Of a stretch of 64,000 nucleotides of DNA, positions 30,204-41,106 are shown in pieces (the stretch's first letter is position 1; the number at the start of each line of letters is the position of its first letter). A program made the position numbers and the translations under genes. The notes below the pieces were generated by a model. The model did not search any database. It saw only the letters and a program-made list of their open reading frames with translations, and had not been told where the DNA came from. This DNA comes from Calditrichia bacterium (lineage in GTDB: Bacteria; Calditrichota; Calditrichia; JAJRVZ01), in contig CAVZSQ010000019.1 in assembly GCA_963777955.1 (NCBI GenBank), forward strand, positions 416,001 through 480,000. The letters run 5' to 3'.

Positions 30204-30641
30204 TTAACTGAGCAGGAGTATCAGTAACCACACTACTAAAGCAACAGCGTAAATTCCCAGAACAATCAAAGTTAACACACCGAAAAAAGTGAAATGAGAA
30301 TTCAAATTTTTTAAGGCATAGGCTAAATCATTGCTATCTGCATGAGCCAGACTGCTTTTTGTGTGCACCGAAAAACGATACAGATATAGATATGGAAAAA
30401 AATAAATAACTGCGATAATTATAAAAACAATAGCAAGAATAATTCCGGAAACAGGCCCCAGCGCTTCTTCACTGTCGAGCATCGACATGACAAAGGTCAT
30501 AGCGATGCCCATGATAATCATAATACCAAGACCAATGAATCCTAAAACCGAAAAGAACATAGTCCATTTTCTGATTTGACCGAGATGCGTTACTGCTTCC
30601 TGAGTGAGTCCAATTTTAAATTCCGGAACGAAATTTTCCAT
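30204..30641 (-). CDS. DUF5362-like membrane protein
   Basis: KWTMFFSVLGFI, IYFFP..YLYRFS, L..HFTFFGVL; three TMs; GGAGG RBS. Confidence 0.75.
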   Translation of the reverse strand: MENFVPEFKIGLTQEAVTHLGQIRKWTMFFSVLGFIGLGIMIIMGIAMTFVMSMLDSEEALGPVSGIILAIVFIIIAVIYFFPYLYLYRFSVHTKSSLAHADSNDLAYALKNLNSHFTFFGVLTLIVLGIYAVALVVWLLILLLS

Positions 30642-30737
30642 TTTTCCCTCCCAAACTTTTTTCACTGTGTTCTGATTAATTATAAAATAAGTCGAAAAGC
30701 AGACAAATCAAACACCATACTTGACCGTACGGCAAAT

Positions 30738-31445
30738 TTATAAAAGATAGGTCAAAATAGCATTCATTAATTTATTGCCGGTATTATAATTAGAAGTAGA
30801 AACCAGGCGAAGATCTTGCTCGGTTTGAACATAGGCTGCCGGGCAGAGTTCGTCACGACAGTTTTCTATGAGACTCAGGACACCTGCGGGGGTCGTTTCC
30901 AGGTGAAACTGCAGTCCGATTACATTTTGCCTTAACTGAAAAGCCTGATGTTCGCAAGCGGCACTGCGGGCCAGTGGAACAGCACCTTCAGGCAAATCAA
31001 ATGTCTCGCCATGCCAGTGGAAGGCTATAAACTCTGCAGGGAAATTAAAGACATGATTTGAGGTGATTAGTGACTGGACAGGAAACCAGCCGATTTCCTT
31101 GACGGGGTTGGTATAAATATGGGCACCAAGGGCACTGGCAATGAGTTGCGCACCCAGACAGATACCCAGAACCGGAATATTTTGCCTGATCGCCTCACGG
31201 ATAAAATGTTTTTCAGATATGAGCCAGGGATATTTTTCTTCGTCATTAACGCTCATTGGACCGCCCATGACAATCAGCGCATCAACCTGTTCAAGGGCAG
31301 GCAAACTATCGCCGGCAAAAAAACGTGTATAACTGGTGAGCATGCCCCGCCTTTTCAACCATGGAGCGATACTCCCCAGATCCTCGAAGGGAACATGCTG
31401 AAAAACGTGGACTCTAATTTTTTTTCTGATCGTGGTAGTACGCAT
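30738..31445 (-). CDS. Type 1 glutamine amidotransferase
   Basis: QHVPFEDLG, MGGPMS, GICLGAQL, WHGETF, QFHLE. Confidence 0.92.
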   Translation of the reverse strand: MRTTTIRKKIRVHVFQHVPFEDLGSIAPWLKRRGMLTSYTRFFAGDSLPALEQVDALIVMGGPMSVNDEEKYPWLISEKHFIREAIRQNIPVLGICLGAQLIASALGAHIYTNPVKEIGWFPVQSLITSNHVFNFPAEFIAFHWHGETFDLPEGAVPLARSAACEHQAFQLRQNVIGLQFHLETTPAGVLSLIENCRDELCPAAYVQTEQDLRLVSTSNYNTGNKLMNAILTYLL

Positions 31446-31567
31446 TGCACAGATGCCAGATTTTTTCAGCAGAAGCAAGTATTCCTATTATTTTCAATGT
31501 AACAGCGTGTTCACCTGGTTTATTTCCGGGTAATTTTATACGTAAACCCGGTTTTATTTTTTCATCA

Positions 31568-31594
31568 GTAGGGGCGAGGTTACCTCGCCCTTAC
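31568..31594 (+). repeat. GTAG-type REP palindrome
   Basis: GTAGGGGCGAGGTTACCTCGCCCTTAC; its end supplies the TAA stop of the isochorismatase gene. Confidence 0.75.
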
Positions 31595-32271
31595 ATGAAA
31601 ACGGAACGTAATGCCTCGATTATCTGGGCCTGGGATAAAACCCGCGCAAAACCCTTACGTAATACTTTCAGTTCCGGTTCCTGCATGGTTGGATCATCCG
31701 TTGAGGTCACATCACTGCCGAAAACCACTTTGAACCCGCGTTCATAAGCCTGCCGGGCGGTGGTGCCGCAGCAGAAATTAGTTAATGTTCCACAAATGAT
31801 CACTGTATCTTTATTAAGATTTTTCAGGATGGTCTCTAAGGGAGTATCATAAAATGCTCCATAGGACGGTTTTAGAATCACCAGATCATTGGGCAGCGGT
31901 GTTAATTCAGGCCATATTTTGGATTCCTTAAACCACGAGAAATGATCAATGCCAACTTCGGGATAACGGTTGGGCATGGCTTCGCCTGTTTTAGGACGGT
32001 CCAGGAAATGGTGAGTAGGACCGAATGCCGTATAAATAATCGGTATATTTTGGGATCGGCAGAATTCGATCAGAGTTTTAATGGAATTAACCTGACGGGT
32101 TGCTTCGGGAACCCAGTAAGGAGTCCAGCCGGGTTTTACAAACTCCTCCTGCATATCGATCACCAGCAGAGCACATTTTTCTGCTACAATCTCGAATTTT
32201 GCCTGGCCTTCCGAGTAAGCCCTGCGGGCCAGATTCAGGACTTCCTGTTCGCTGTAAGATTTTTGTTTCAT
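31591..32271 (-). CDS. Isochorismatase-family cysteine hydrolase
   Basis: ALLVIDMQ, K.SYGAF..TPL, GTLTNFCC.TTAR.A. Confidence 0.92.
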   Translation of the reverse strand: MKQKSYSEQEVLNLARRAYSEGQAKFEIVAEKCALLVIDMQEEFVKPGWTPYWVPEATRQVNSIKTLIEFCRSQNIPIIYTAFGPTHHFLDRPKTGEAMPNRYPEVGIDHFSWFKESKIWPELTPLPNDLVILKPSYGAFYDTPLETILKNLNKDTVIICGTLTNFCCGTTARQAYERGFKVVFGSDVTSTDDPTMQEPELKVLRKGFARVLSQAQIIEALRSVFM

Positions 32272-32273
32272 GA

Positions 32274-33080
32274 TTAAGTACCCTTTATGCCTTTCCCTTT
32301 AAAAAATGTGTAACAAAATACACCACCCTCTTCCGCGGTACGATAAAGATCTGCGATACCCTGCAGCCATTCCTGTTTGGAGATAAGAGCATTCTGCAGC
32401 GCGTTCTGCTCCACCCCTTCAATCATCGCGGTAAAAGTGTTTTTTGTAAAACCTTCGACTAAATCCGGCCGGTTATGATCAGCATAGACCATACGCGGTG
32501 AAACAGTACAATTGATAAATCCGGCCTGTTGCAGCAGGGGGAAAAGTGTTCTGCCGATCAGGGAATTCCCGCCGCGTCCAGCCTGTAAATCCACCAGGCA
32601 GTTTATGGCTTTCTGGGCAGCGGCACTATATGGATAATAATAGGCCGAACCATGATCCCCCTCAATCACGGTCATGCTTCCACCTGTTTTAAGCACTCTT
32701 TTTAAACAATCCAGGGCTCGCAGCGGATCGGCCAGATGTTCCAGTACAAAACAGACAAAAATGTGATCAAAATATTCAGAATCAAAATTCAGGTTAAAAA
32801 TATCACCTGTCTGAAATTCCACATTTTTAATCTGTAACGATTGAATCAGTTTCTGCGCCTGGAGCAGTGACGATTCGGATATATCGATTGAGGTAAAATG
32901 ACAGGCAGGATTTTTCGCAGCGATGATTTTGGTTTGGGCTCCCACACCGCAACCCGCTTCCAGTACTTTGCTTTTCACGGGAAATACAGAATCGTGGTGC
33001 AACAATTCATCTAAGGTATCAGCCTGGTCATGCAACCGTTCAGATTCCCGGTCGGAATATCCATGAACATAATTATCCAT
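32274..33080 (-). CDS. Class I SAM-dependent methyltransferase
   Basis: YVHGYS.RE..RL, VLEAGCGVGAQT, CFVLEHL, RVLKTGG. Confidence 0.9.
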   Translation of the reverse strand: MDNYVHGYSDRESERLHDQADTLDELLHHDSVFPVKSKVLEAGCGVGAQTKIIAAKNPACHFTSIDISESSLLQAQKLIQSLQIKNVEFQTGDIFNLNFDSEYFDHIFVCFVLEHLADPLRALDCLKRVLKTGGSMTVIEGDHGSAYYYPYSAAAQKAINCLVDLQAGRGGNSLIGRTLFPLLQQAGFINCTVSPRMVYADHNRPDLVEGFTKNTFTAMIEGVEQNALQNALISKQEWLQGIADLYRTAEEGGVFCYTFFKGKGIKGT

Positions 33081-33190
33081 GTCATTACCTTAAAAGAAAA
33101 AATGACTTATATATGTTTTACAATTTTAACTAAAAGGAATGATAAAAGTAAGTAGCGGGCAGTATTATTTCGCTTTAAAGTTCATGGCCT

Positions 33191-34325
33191 TCATTGATCG
33201 AGTCTGATTCCATCAAGATCATCGAAACGGGCTACTATGCCCCAACCATAGAAAAAGTTGGTAACTCCGATCAGCAGATAGTTTTCACCTTGGTGTAATG
33301 GAACTTTAAACGAACAATTTTCTATAGAACATCTGCCGTCAGGATTTTTAGCCATAGGGGTGTTATAGAGGTTTTTATCAACATACAAAGGACTTTCGTT
33401 TATGATAACCCACACTTCATCACTAAATCCGAGATGAAGCATTTTATTCTGGTCCTTATCCGAGTGAATGGCTGTTTTCAACCAAACGATTCTCCTGCCA
33501 TTTGTCATGCCAAACTTGCGAGTGAGATTGATCAACCCACGGCGTTCAGCCGAAATCGTTTCCCATTTCGTTTCCGGGGTAGGTATATATTCATAACTGA
33601 AATCGATATTTTGAGCCGTGGTAATTGGCTCACTAACCTGCCATTTTCTCAAGTAACGTGGATCGCTGGTGAAAGGATCAATACCCGCTTCCGGTGCGAG
33701 TCCTTCTACAGAATTATGTTTAATTTGCAGATTTGCTATAATTACCTGGCCGTCAAATGCTAAAGTACCTGAAGTTACATTTCCTTCCAACATGGGTACT
33801 TCCAACGTTGGTCTGGCCAGGTCATTTACATAAGCCCGCATTTGTTTACCTGAAATTACCAGTTTCACATGGTTCCAGTTTTCCTTTATGAAGTTTGTGT
33901 TTGTTTGAAAATAAAAAAGCAGATCCCAAAGATTTACTCCATCAATTGTCGGAGCATATTGAATAGCATCAATAGCTTGTGGATGGCCTGCCCGCTCTGT
34001 CCGGAAATAGAAACATTCATTTTCTTTTGCATCTTTCCATCTGAAATATATTGATGTGAATCGGGGATCCAGTGGTTCCATATCATATTCAATTGTACCG
34101 TTGCTGAAATTTAAGTTCTTCAGTATTACCGGATCGCTGCTGGTCAGTAATTTCATAGTCGGTACGGATTTGTACTCCAGAAACTCTGCAGTTTGGGGTT
34201 TAAATTCCCAATTCATGAGCTTTAAGTGGAATAATATTTACACCTGTATTCTGTTTCTGGGCGAAACAGCAAACACAGCAGAGAAAGAGGAGGCAGAGTG
34301 AAGTTATCTTGTGCAGATTTATCAT
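33191..34325 (-). CDS. Secreted hypothetical protein (DUF1080/ConA-like); frameshift at about 34215
   Basis: ATG overlapping the upstream TGA gives signal peptide MINLHKITSLCLLFLCC..FAQ, which joins NWEFKP if one base is removed; FSNGTIEYD, WNHVKLVI. Confidence 0.65.
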
Positions 34326-34862
34326 GGCTTTAATATCCTTATAGTAATTGGATATTTATATGGTTGATTATTCATAACTTTGATCGTATTTATTATGATG
34401 ATGACCATGCTATATATACCCAGAAAAACTAGTATCGGTATGGTTATGAGTAAGAAAACCAATAAGGCACATGGAACTAGGTAAAGTAACATGCTCAACT
34501 GAAAGTTTATAACATCAATTCCATGTTCCCTCACATTTTTGATTTTATCTTTTTTCCAGACCCAGATAATAACCGGCGGAAAAAGCAGAACAAACAAACC
34601 ACTCAAATGCAGGAGTGGTAACCATATACTGTTGTCATTTAATTGTGCTGCTTCGAGAGCAGTTTGATTACAGTCGGTCAGTTCCTCAAAATTGACCTCT
34701 AAGACCTTTGCTATAGTTTTTAAGTGTAAATCCTCTGGGGACGACATCACCATTTTCGATACGCTGGATCGTTCGGACACTCATATAGGTTTTAGCCGCA
34801 AGTTCTTCCTGGGTAATGCCCATTTTTAATCTTAAATCTTTTATTAATTGCCCGCTGGTCAT
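34322..34862 (-). CDS. XRE-family HTH regulator fused to a DUF4870-like membrane domain; frameshift at 34717-34721
   Basis: IKDLRLKMGITQEELA..SVRTIQRIENG..PR; joins LKTIAKVLEV; LHLS..IIWVWKKD..HG..VINFQLS..YP. Confidence 0.82.
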
Positions 34863-34909
34863 AAAAGTCTCCTGGCTAAGTATAGGCATAGATAGGGGAT
34901 AATCCAACT

Positions 34910-34947
34910 ACATTCACCCGACATTCATCCGACATTCCCCCGACATT
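34910..34947. repeat. Four 11-bp-phased direct repeats (putative operator)
   Basis: ACATTCACCCG ACATTCATCCG ACATTCCCCCG ACATT. Confidence 0.75.
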
Positions 34948-34981
34948 TAAAGATCAATCCTTATCAATCAGAAGAATATCA

Positions 34982-36974
34982 TTATCGCGCAGGAGCCAGA
35001 TGTGGAATCCAGACCATCATTTTTGTAATGCCGCGGTTATTCCACAAATAATACGGAATGGCGGTAATTTGATTGTTCGTAGGGGCACGATGCATCGTGC
35101 CTCTACCAGGGCCACCAATAATCGTTTTCACCCCCGTGAATTCATTAATACCGTCCAATATTGACAATTCCTCATCATCCGGAAGAATTATATTGTCAAT
35201 CTTGTTATTGTTATCAATCCCCTCCAGACAATAGACAATCGGACCGCGTTCAATCGCAACTTTTCCCGTATCATCAGTGACATTAATGTTGGCCGTCACC
35301 CGGTGAATATTCAGCGGCAGCACATACTCGATAATATCCCCTGCTTTCCATTCTCGGTCAATTACTGCATACCCGTTTTCGGTTTTATATTCTGCATCCT
35401 TTCCATTTACTTTGATTGAAAAAGTTTCATTGACTCGGTGAAAGATATGAATACAAATCACCGGGTACCGGCTGATTGCGGACCCAGCCGGGAATCCGCA
35501 GATAAAGAGCAAAGGATAATTTCTTGGCTGGATTTACTTTGATTTTAATGCTGCCGTCCCAGGGATAACGGGTTTCCTGGCTGATTTCAACCGGAATTTT
35601 TCCGTTGAGTTTGATTTTGGCCGTGCTGCCGATAAAAAGATTCACATAAATACTTTTTTCTTTCTGCGCGTAAATATAACCGGGAACAGACGGCAGGAAA
35701 CGGCATAAATTGGTCGGACAGCAGGAACAATTGAACCAGGGCTGGCGGGTCAAGGCCCCCTGGTTAAATTTATATTTGGCATCACAGGCCAGCGGATTAG
35801 CATAGAAAAAGGTGGAACCATCCTGTCCCACTCCCGAGATGACATTATTATACAGACTGCGTTCCAATACATCGATGTATTTTGAATCACCGTGTAAAAG
35901 AAACATACGGTAATTCCAGTACACATTGGCTATGGCTGCACAGGTTTCGTTATAAGCCGTAAGATTCGGCAATTCATAGTTATTGCCAAAACTTTCACCG
36001 CCATGCCGGGCCCCGATGCCGCCGGTAATATAAAGTTTTTTCGAAACCACATTATTCCAGATCCTATCGATGGCCTGAATATAATCCTGGTTACCGGTCA
36101 GGGCTGCCACATCGGCCACGCCTGAATACAAATATCCGGCCCGCACGGCATGACCGACCGCTTCGTCCTGATCAATCAACGGTTTATGATCCTGGGAGTA
36201 GATACGGGTAGAGTCCATCTCTTTACCACGGCAATCGATAAAGAATTTGGCCAGATCGAGATATTTCTTTTCTCCGCTCAGGCGATAAATCTTTACCAGT
36301 CCCATTTCCACGATTTCGTGTCCCGGGGAATCATTACGTTTTCCCGGACCAAAAACCGTGGTCAGCAACTCAGCATTTTTCAAGGCGATATCCAGCAGGT
36401 TTCTTCTTCCGGTGGCTTTGTAATGAGCCGCTGCCGCCTCAAATAAATGTCCGGAATTATACAATTCATGGCTGCCGTTGGCTTCATTTACCCAGCGTTC
36501 TTTACCGGCCCATTCATGCGGATTCTGCGGATCAATGGTCCGGGCAGTATATAAATAACCGTCCGGCTCCTGAGCAGCAGCAATTATGGTAATGAGGCTG
36601 TCTACATATTTATCAAGTACAGGATCAGGATGGACAGTCAAGGAGTAGGAAGCGCCTTCAATAATTTTATATACATCAGTATCATCAAAAGGATAAGCAG
36701 TTAATAATTTGCCCTGCTTTTTCGCAGCCAGTATAAAATTTTCAATCCGTCCGGTTTCTGCGCATTTTTTAAATGAGACAGGAATTGTGACGGTGCGATT
36801 GATTTCGATCCGCGGCAACCAGAATTCATCATGAATCGTCACCTGATCGAAAGGAACGCCCTGATACATATAATCAGGATTTGGTTGGATTAGAGTGTTT
36901 ACCCTGCTACAGGTTAATTGGATGATAGTTAATAATAGGAATAAATAAAAAGAAATGTAATTTTTGGGATTCAT
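34982..36974 (-). CDS. GH127 beta-L-arabinofuranosidase-like lipoprotein; frameshift at about 35435
   Basis: PFDDTDVYK, HELYNSGH, GHAVRAGY, YNETCAAI, WFNCSCCP, LRIPGW, RGPIVYCLE, AIPYY.WNNRG..M.VW. Confidence 0.9.
35079..35106 (+). repeat. GTAG-type REP palindrome inside a CDS
   Basis: GTAGGGGCACGATGCATCGTGCCTCTAC. Confidence 0.8.
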
Positions 36975-37010
36975 AATTCAAATAACCTCTAAATATATTC
37001 TGACATGTTT

Positions 37011-37038
37011 GAAGGGGCAATTCATGAATTGCCCCTTC
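37011..37038. repeat. REP-like perfect palindrome
   Basis: GAAGGGGCAATTCATGAATTGCCCCTTC. Confidence 0.75.
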
Positions 37039-37172
37039 AATTATAAAAACCGTTAATTATTATCCGGTGTTAATGACCGCCGCCATAGTTAGAAGGTCAA
37101 CCACCAAACTGCAATACTTCTCAAGCCAGGTAGTGTGTTTTCATACCTGTTTTGTTGTGATTATATACAGTA

Positions 37173-38087
37173 TCACTGGTAAGGCTCATCAAAATGTCTA
37201 TTCCGTTTCAGATACAATTTTTTATTAGAGTAATCAAATATCAAGTTAAACCTGCGCAGAGATCCATTTCCCAGAATGGCCTCGGCACCATCTTGTTTTG
37301 AACGGACTGCTGCGGGGGCAAAAGATGCTTTTACATTATTTAACTCAAACGGACCAATACATAATTTTTTTATAGTGCCGGTTTTCCCGTAGATATCACC
37401 GCTCAGACCTCTGCCAAGATATTGATTAGAAGTATCATGTGGAAATGAAAACTTCATATCGGGTTTTTCCAATAAGAGAACAGCATCACTCGCAGCAAAA
37501 TCAATATACATGGCCAGAGAAATCTGTTTTTCTTTTTCAATTACCACGGAAGCATTCAGCCAGGGGATGTTATTTGTTTTAAAATATAAAGGAACTTCAG
37601 TCCAACCAGAGTCGAATTTAATATCATTTGTTTTGTGCAAGATCATGGTATTCTTATCGTAATCAAACTCAGTTGTATAATGGCCGAAAATTGAATAACC
37701 AATTATCCCATTTGATGGAAAACCTTTATAAATGTCATTCTGCAGTATAATAATCCGCTGATTTATCATTGTAATATCGCCAACATTAAAATCAGCCGAA
37801 TCAATCATCAATGCTATTGAGGCCTCTCCACTTCCGGCACCGCCAAGTTGTACTGCCATCGCGTTGTTTAAGTCCAGAGAATCATTATACTCCGGATTAT
37901 AGATCATTAATCCATCATAGGCGAATCCGGTATCAAGTATTATATCAGGAATCAACAGATTCCCTATTTTTACCGATACCATTGTCTTGTTTCTGACCAC
38001 CTTAATGGCAATGCTATTTGTTTCCTGACCGTTCGCAGAAGAATTCAACAGGGTTAAGAGTAAAAAGAAAATAATACAATTTTTCAT
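37173..38087 (-). CDS. Secreted retropepsin-like aspartyl protease (tandem domains)
   Basis: Signal peptide; ILDTG, NGIIG, second degenerate IDFAA, ILGNG.L.RF..IFDY. Confidence 0.75.
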   Translation of the reverse strand: MKNCIIFFLLLTLLNSSANGQETNSIAIKVVRNKTMVSVKIGNLLIPDIILDTGFAYDGLMIYNPEYNDSLDLNNAMAVQLGGAGSGEASIALMIDSADFNVGDITMINQRIIILQNDIYKGFPSNGIIGYSIFGHYTTEFDYDKNTMILHKTNDIKFDSGWTEVPLYFKTNNIPWLNASVVIEKEKQISLAMYIDFAASDAVLLLEKPDMKFSFPHDTSNQYLGRGLSGDIYGKTGTIKKLCIGPFELNNVKASFAPAAVRSKQDGAEAILGNGSLRRFNLIFDYSNKKLYLKRNRHFDEPYQ

Positions 38088-38177
38088 GCTTAAGCAATGA
38101 TTGGATGTTTGTTGATATCAACAATATGTATAAATTGTACTTTCAATTTTCCCTCTCAAAATGGAAAGCAGTAGTAA

Positions 38178-38453
38178 TCAGCGTTCTGCAAAAGATTGAT
38201 CCGGCAGTTTATTAAGATTTTCTATAAATCTGGCCAGGTTGAAGGAATCTTTGTATTTCATGATATAGTATGTCTCAGCGGCAATGGCCGATCCAATCAA
38301 CAGTTTGGCATCATGCTCACTTATACCGGCTGCGAGTAAACGGTCAAAGGTCTTTCTGGTTTCGGGCGGATTATTATCGCGCAATTGATTTTCCACAATT
38401 TCAAGATAGGTGGCTTGTAAAATGGGATTATAATCTGATTGTTTCTTTTTCAT
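38178..38453 (-). CDS. Small conserved helical hypothetical protein (DUF1841-like)
   Basis: EIVENQL..NNPPETR.TF.RL...G.SE.DAK. Confidence 0.65.
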   Translation of the reverse strand: MKKKQSDYNPILQATYLEIVENQLRDNNPPETRKTFDRLLAAGISEHDAKLLIGSAIAAETYYIMKYKDSFNLARFIENLNKLPDQSFAER

Positions 38454-38623
38454 AAAATCATCCTATATCTAATGAATGACATATTATATTATTTCGATTT
38501 ATTACTAAACTCAATAAAATTCTAAAATGAATTGTATTTTCTGACGACCTGCAGAGATTTTATAAAATGTCTGGATGGTTCGTGACCTATCCTTAAATGA
38601 ACCTAACACGCTGCAAAAGATCA

Positions 38624-38702
38624 AGCCGCAACTCAAGAGTTGCGGCTACCGTTCTTCAATGACCGCTATAACTATAAAGCGCAATCTGAAGATTGCGACT
38701 AC
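38624..38702. repeat. Two REP palindromes ending in CTAC
   Basis: AGCCGCAACTCAAGAGTTGCGGCTAC and GCGCAATCTGAAGATTGCGACTAC. Confidence 0.7.
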
Positions 38703-38872
38703 CAATCATCGTCGCCAATATTCTACTGATTCTATTTTACGCCTGCGGGGTCACGGATTGATGGAGAAATTCCCGTGGCTATAAATATCCGGTGCCTGCG
38801 GCACCATTACTACAATATATATTATGCTTTTACCGTTTCTATCTTATCTCTAAATTAATAAGTTTATATATT

Positions 38873-38943
38873 TCTTTGTCCCTTTGTCCCTTTGTCCCTT
38901 TGCCTGCCCTTTGTGCCTTTTCTTTACTCTTTACCCTTTGTCC
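38873..38943. repeat. CTTTGTCC octamer tandem array overlapping the cytochrome 3' end
   Basis: CTTTGTCC x3 plus degenerate copies. Confidence 0.75.
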
Positions 38944-40180
38944 TCATGAATCTGATTATTTCTGCCATTTCTTTTATCTCTGCTAAATCTCTTACCATCT
39001 CGCTCCAGCCATACCACAGCGAGTAATCGGGATTGGCATGAAAAGCACCCTGGAACAGACGCATGCGGTGCTGCAAATGCATTACAAACAAGCGCTGTTC
39101 AATGGGCGTGGCGGCATCATGAAAGGTTAACAGATCGGGAAAATCAAATTTATATGCCGCCGGCTTTTTTAAGATTCCTTCCTGATATAAACCTGCCACG
39201 ATTTTAATTGCCTCAGCCAGCAGGCGGTCGCCATTTTCTATAGTTTTATCTGCTTTGTTTAATTCGGCTTTGGCAAAATTTTCAGAATGGCATTGAGTGC
39301 AGGTCTGGATCATTTTCGTTCGTTCACGGTCGAAAGTTTCGGTACTCAAACGGGCCACATCGGCATTTCTGACCAGATCCAGACGGCCGGTCGGATTCCC
39401 CTGTGGATCCAACACCCCCAGGGCCTGTAAAATCGTTACGCGGTCTTTCCACCATGATTCGCTCTCGCCCGGATAGGGAGCAAGTCCGTTAGTACGCACG
39501 GCTAAAAAACCCCAGGCGGTACGCACTTCATGATTCCCTTCCTGCATGTGACAGGTCTGGCAGGTCGGGGCAGCGGAATTTTCGGGAATCCGGCCCGACA
39601 CTTTCAAGGTGTGGCGCACTCCGTGTTTGGATGATGAATACATTTCCCATTGCGGATGATCGAAGCCCATATGGCAGGTCTGGCACGCCTCCGGCTGGCG
39701 GGCTTCATCGGCCGAAAACAGGTGCCGGGTGTGGCAGGCGTCGCAGGAAGCACGGCCGAAGCCGGCTCCTTCTTTATTCAATTCTTTTAAATCGGCTCCG
39801 GATTTGATACCGATTTTATGACAACCCCCGCAACCTTTGATCCCTTCGATCAGTTCCATAGGCTGCCAGTGAATGGTGGGCATGGCATACATGGCCGCCC
39901 AGGCCAGGGCATGCTTTCCTTTTTTAAATTGAGTCACCTGCTGCTCATGGCAATCGGCACAGGTTTCGGGTAGGGGGATCATCACCTTGCTGACATCGGC
40001 AGCAGACATGTGCAGTTCACCATGACAGACGGAACAATCGACATTATTTTTGCTGTGCTTGCTCAACTGCCAGTCTGTGACGATGCCCGGTGTTTCGGTC
40101 TGGTGACAGGTAATACAATCAACCGCCTGTGCAATGGAAAAAGTTGCAGCAATCAAGAAAACAACAAATACTTGTTTCAT
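38924..40180 (-). CDS. Octaheme c-type cytochrome, hydroxylamine oxidoreductase-like family
   Basis: Signal peptide; eight CxxCH motifs; CHTRHLFS, CHMGFDHPQWEMY..SKHG, HANPDY. Confidence 0.88.
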   Translation of the reverse strand: MKQVFVVFLIAATFSIAQAVDCITCHQTETPGIVTDWQLSKHSKNNVDCSVCHGELHMSAADVSKVMIPLPETCADCHEQQVTQFKKGKHALAWAAMYAMPTIHWQPMELIEGIKGCGGCHKIGIKSGADLKELNKEGAGFGRASCDACHTRHLFSADEARQPEACQTCHMGFDHPQWEMYSSSKHGVRHTLKVSGRIPENSAAPTCQTCHMQEGNHEVRTAWGFLAVRTNGLAPYPGESESWWKDRVTILQALGVLDPQGNPTGRLDLVRNADVARLSTETFDRERTKMIQTCTQCHSENFAKAELNKADKTIENGDRLLAEAIKIVAGLYQEGILKKPAAYKFDFPDLLTFHDAATPIEQRLFVMHLQHRMRLFQGAFHANPDYSLWYGWSEMVRDLAEIKEMAEIIRFMRTKGKE

Positions 40181-40377
40181 ATATACCCCTCTGCTGAATA
40201 ATTACACTGGAAATCTTAGCCAAGATTGTAATTACCGGTATTTTTTCTGAGTCCGGTAGTAAAGTTATCATTGTAATAAATACCACGTTTAAATGAATTA
40301 TAAATCATGAAGTGAATAATAAATATGCTGAATTTACAGTAAAAAAAGTTGATTATAAATATTTATAACAGGATAGA

Positions 40378-41106
40378 CTAATGCGATAAAACAACACAGA
40401 TGTTTTCAGACAGGCAATGATTATATTCCGCCAAGGTTAAATTCCCGAACCAGCTGACTTTATTAAAACCATTGTCAGCAGCTAATTGGGATAGTTCAGC
40501 GGATTGTAACGGATATAATTCATTGGAGATCTTGCGTTTCCCCAGGGGTGTTTCAATGCTGATAGTGAACAGTATGGTAGATTTCAGATATTGATATGAG
40601 CGGGTATATTTGTGGTCACCATGCTCTTTGACCGAGAATGTCTGCGGTTTTTCTTTTAGTATTTTGTCGTAATTCATTAACTGCAGAAAGACATACCCGT
40701 CCGGTTCCAGAGCCCGCCTGAAATTCTGCAAGACATTACGGCGCTGAGCAGCAGTCAGCAGATGCGCAAAACTATTGCCCAAACAGAAAATTGCGTCAAA
40801 TTTATTTTTGATCTGCCGGTTGAAATTTAAAAAATCAGCATTAATAAATTCCGGAGTAACCTGCCACTGCCGTGAATTTTCCCGTGCTTTTGCCAACATC
40901 GCTGCCGAGTTATCAATGGCAGTTACTTTTTTCCCGAGCAGGGATAATACAATACTGTGGAAACCCGTGCCACAACCGGCATCCAGTATATTTTTCGCCG
41001 GAAACCGTTTGAATATTTCACGGAAAATTTCAGTCTCTTTTTCCAGACGATCACTGAATCCGATCATCTGATCGTATGCGCCAGCCAGTTGAGTGTAAAA
41101 ATCCAT
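40378..41106 (-). CDS. Class I SAM-dependent methyltransferase
   Basis: ILDAGCGTG, IDNS..ML, FDAIFCLGNSFAHL. Confidence 0.88.
   Translation of the reverse strand: MDFYTQLAGAYDQMIGFSDRLEKETEIFREIFKRFPAKNILDAGCGTGFHSIVLSLLGKKVTAIDNSAAMLAKARENSRQWQVTPEFINADFLNFNRQIKNKFDAIFCLGNSFAHLLTAAQRRNVLQNFRRALEPDGYVFLQLMNYDKILKEKPQTFSVKEHGDHKYTRSYQYLKSTILFTISIETPLGKRKISNELYPLQSAELSQLAADNGFNKVSWFGNLTLAEYNHCLSENICVVLSH

Noticed and set aside
34910..34947. CRISPR array (also considered for the octamer arrays)
   Set aside because: Units are 8-11 bp with no unique spacers, and no cas genes are present.
17112..38453. Integron cassette array
   Set aside because: Genes are co-oriented, but I found no recurring RYYYAAC...GTTRRRY attC sites and no integrase by eye.
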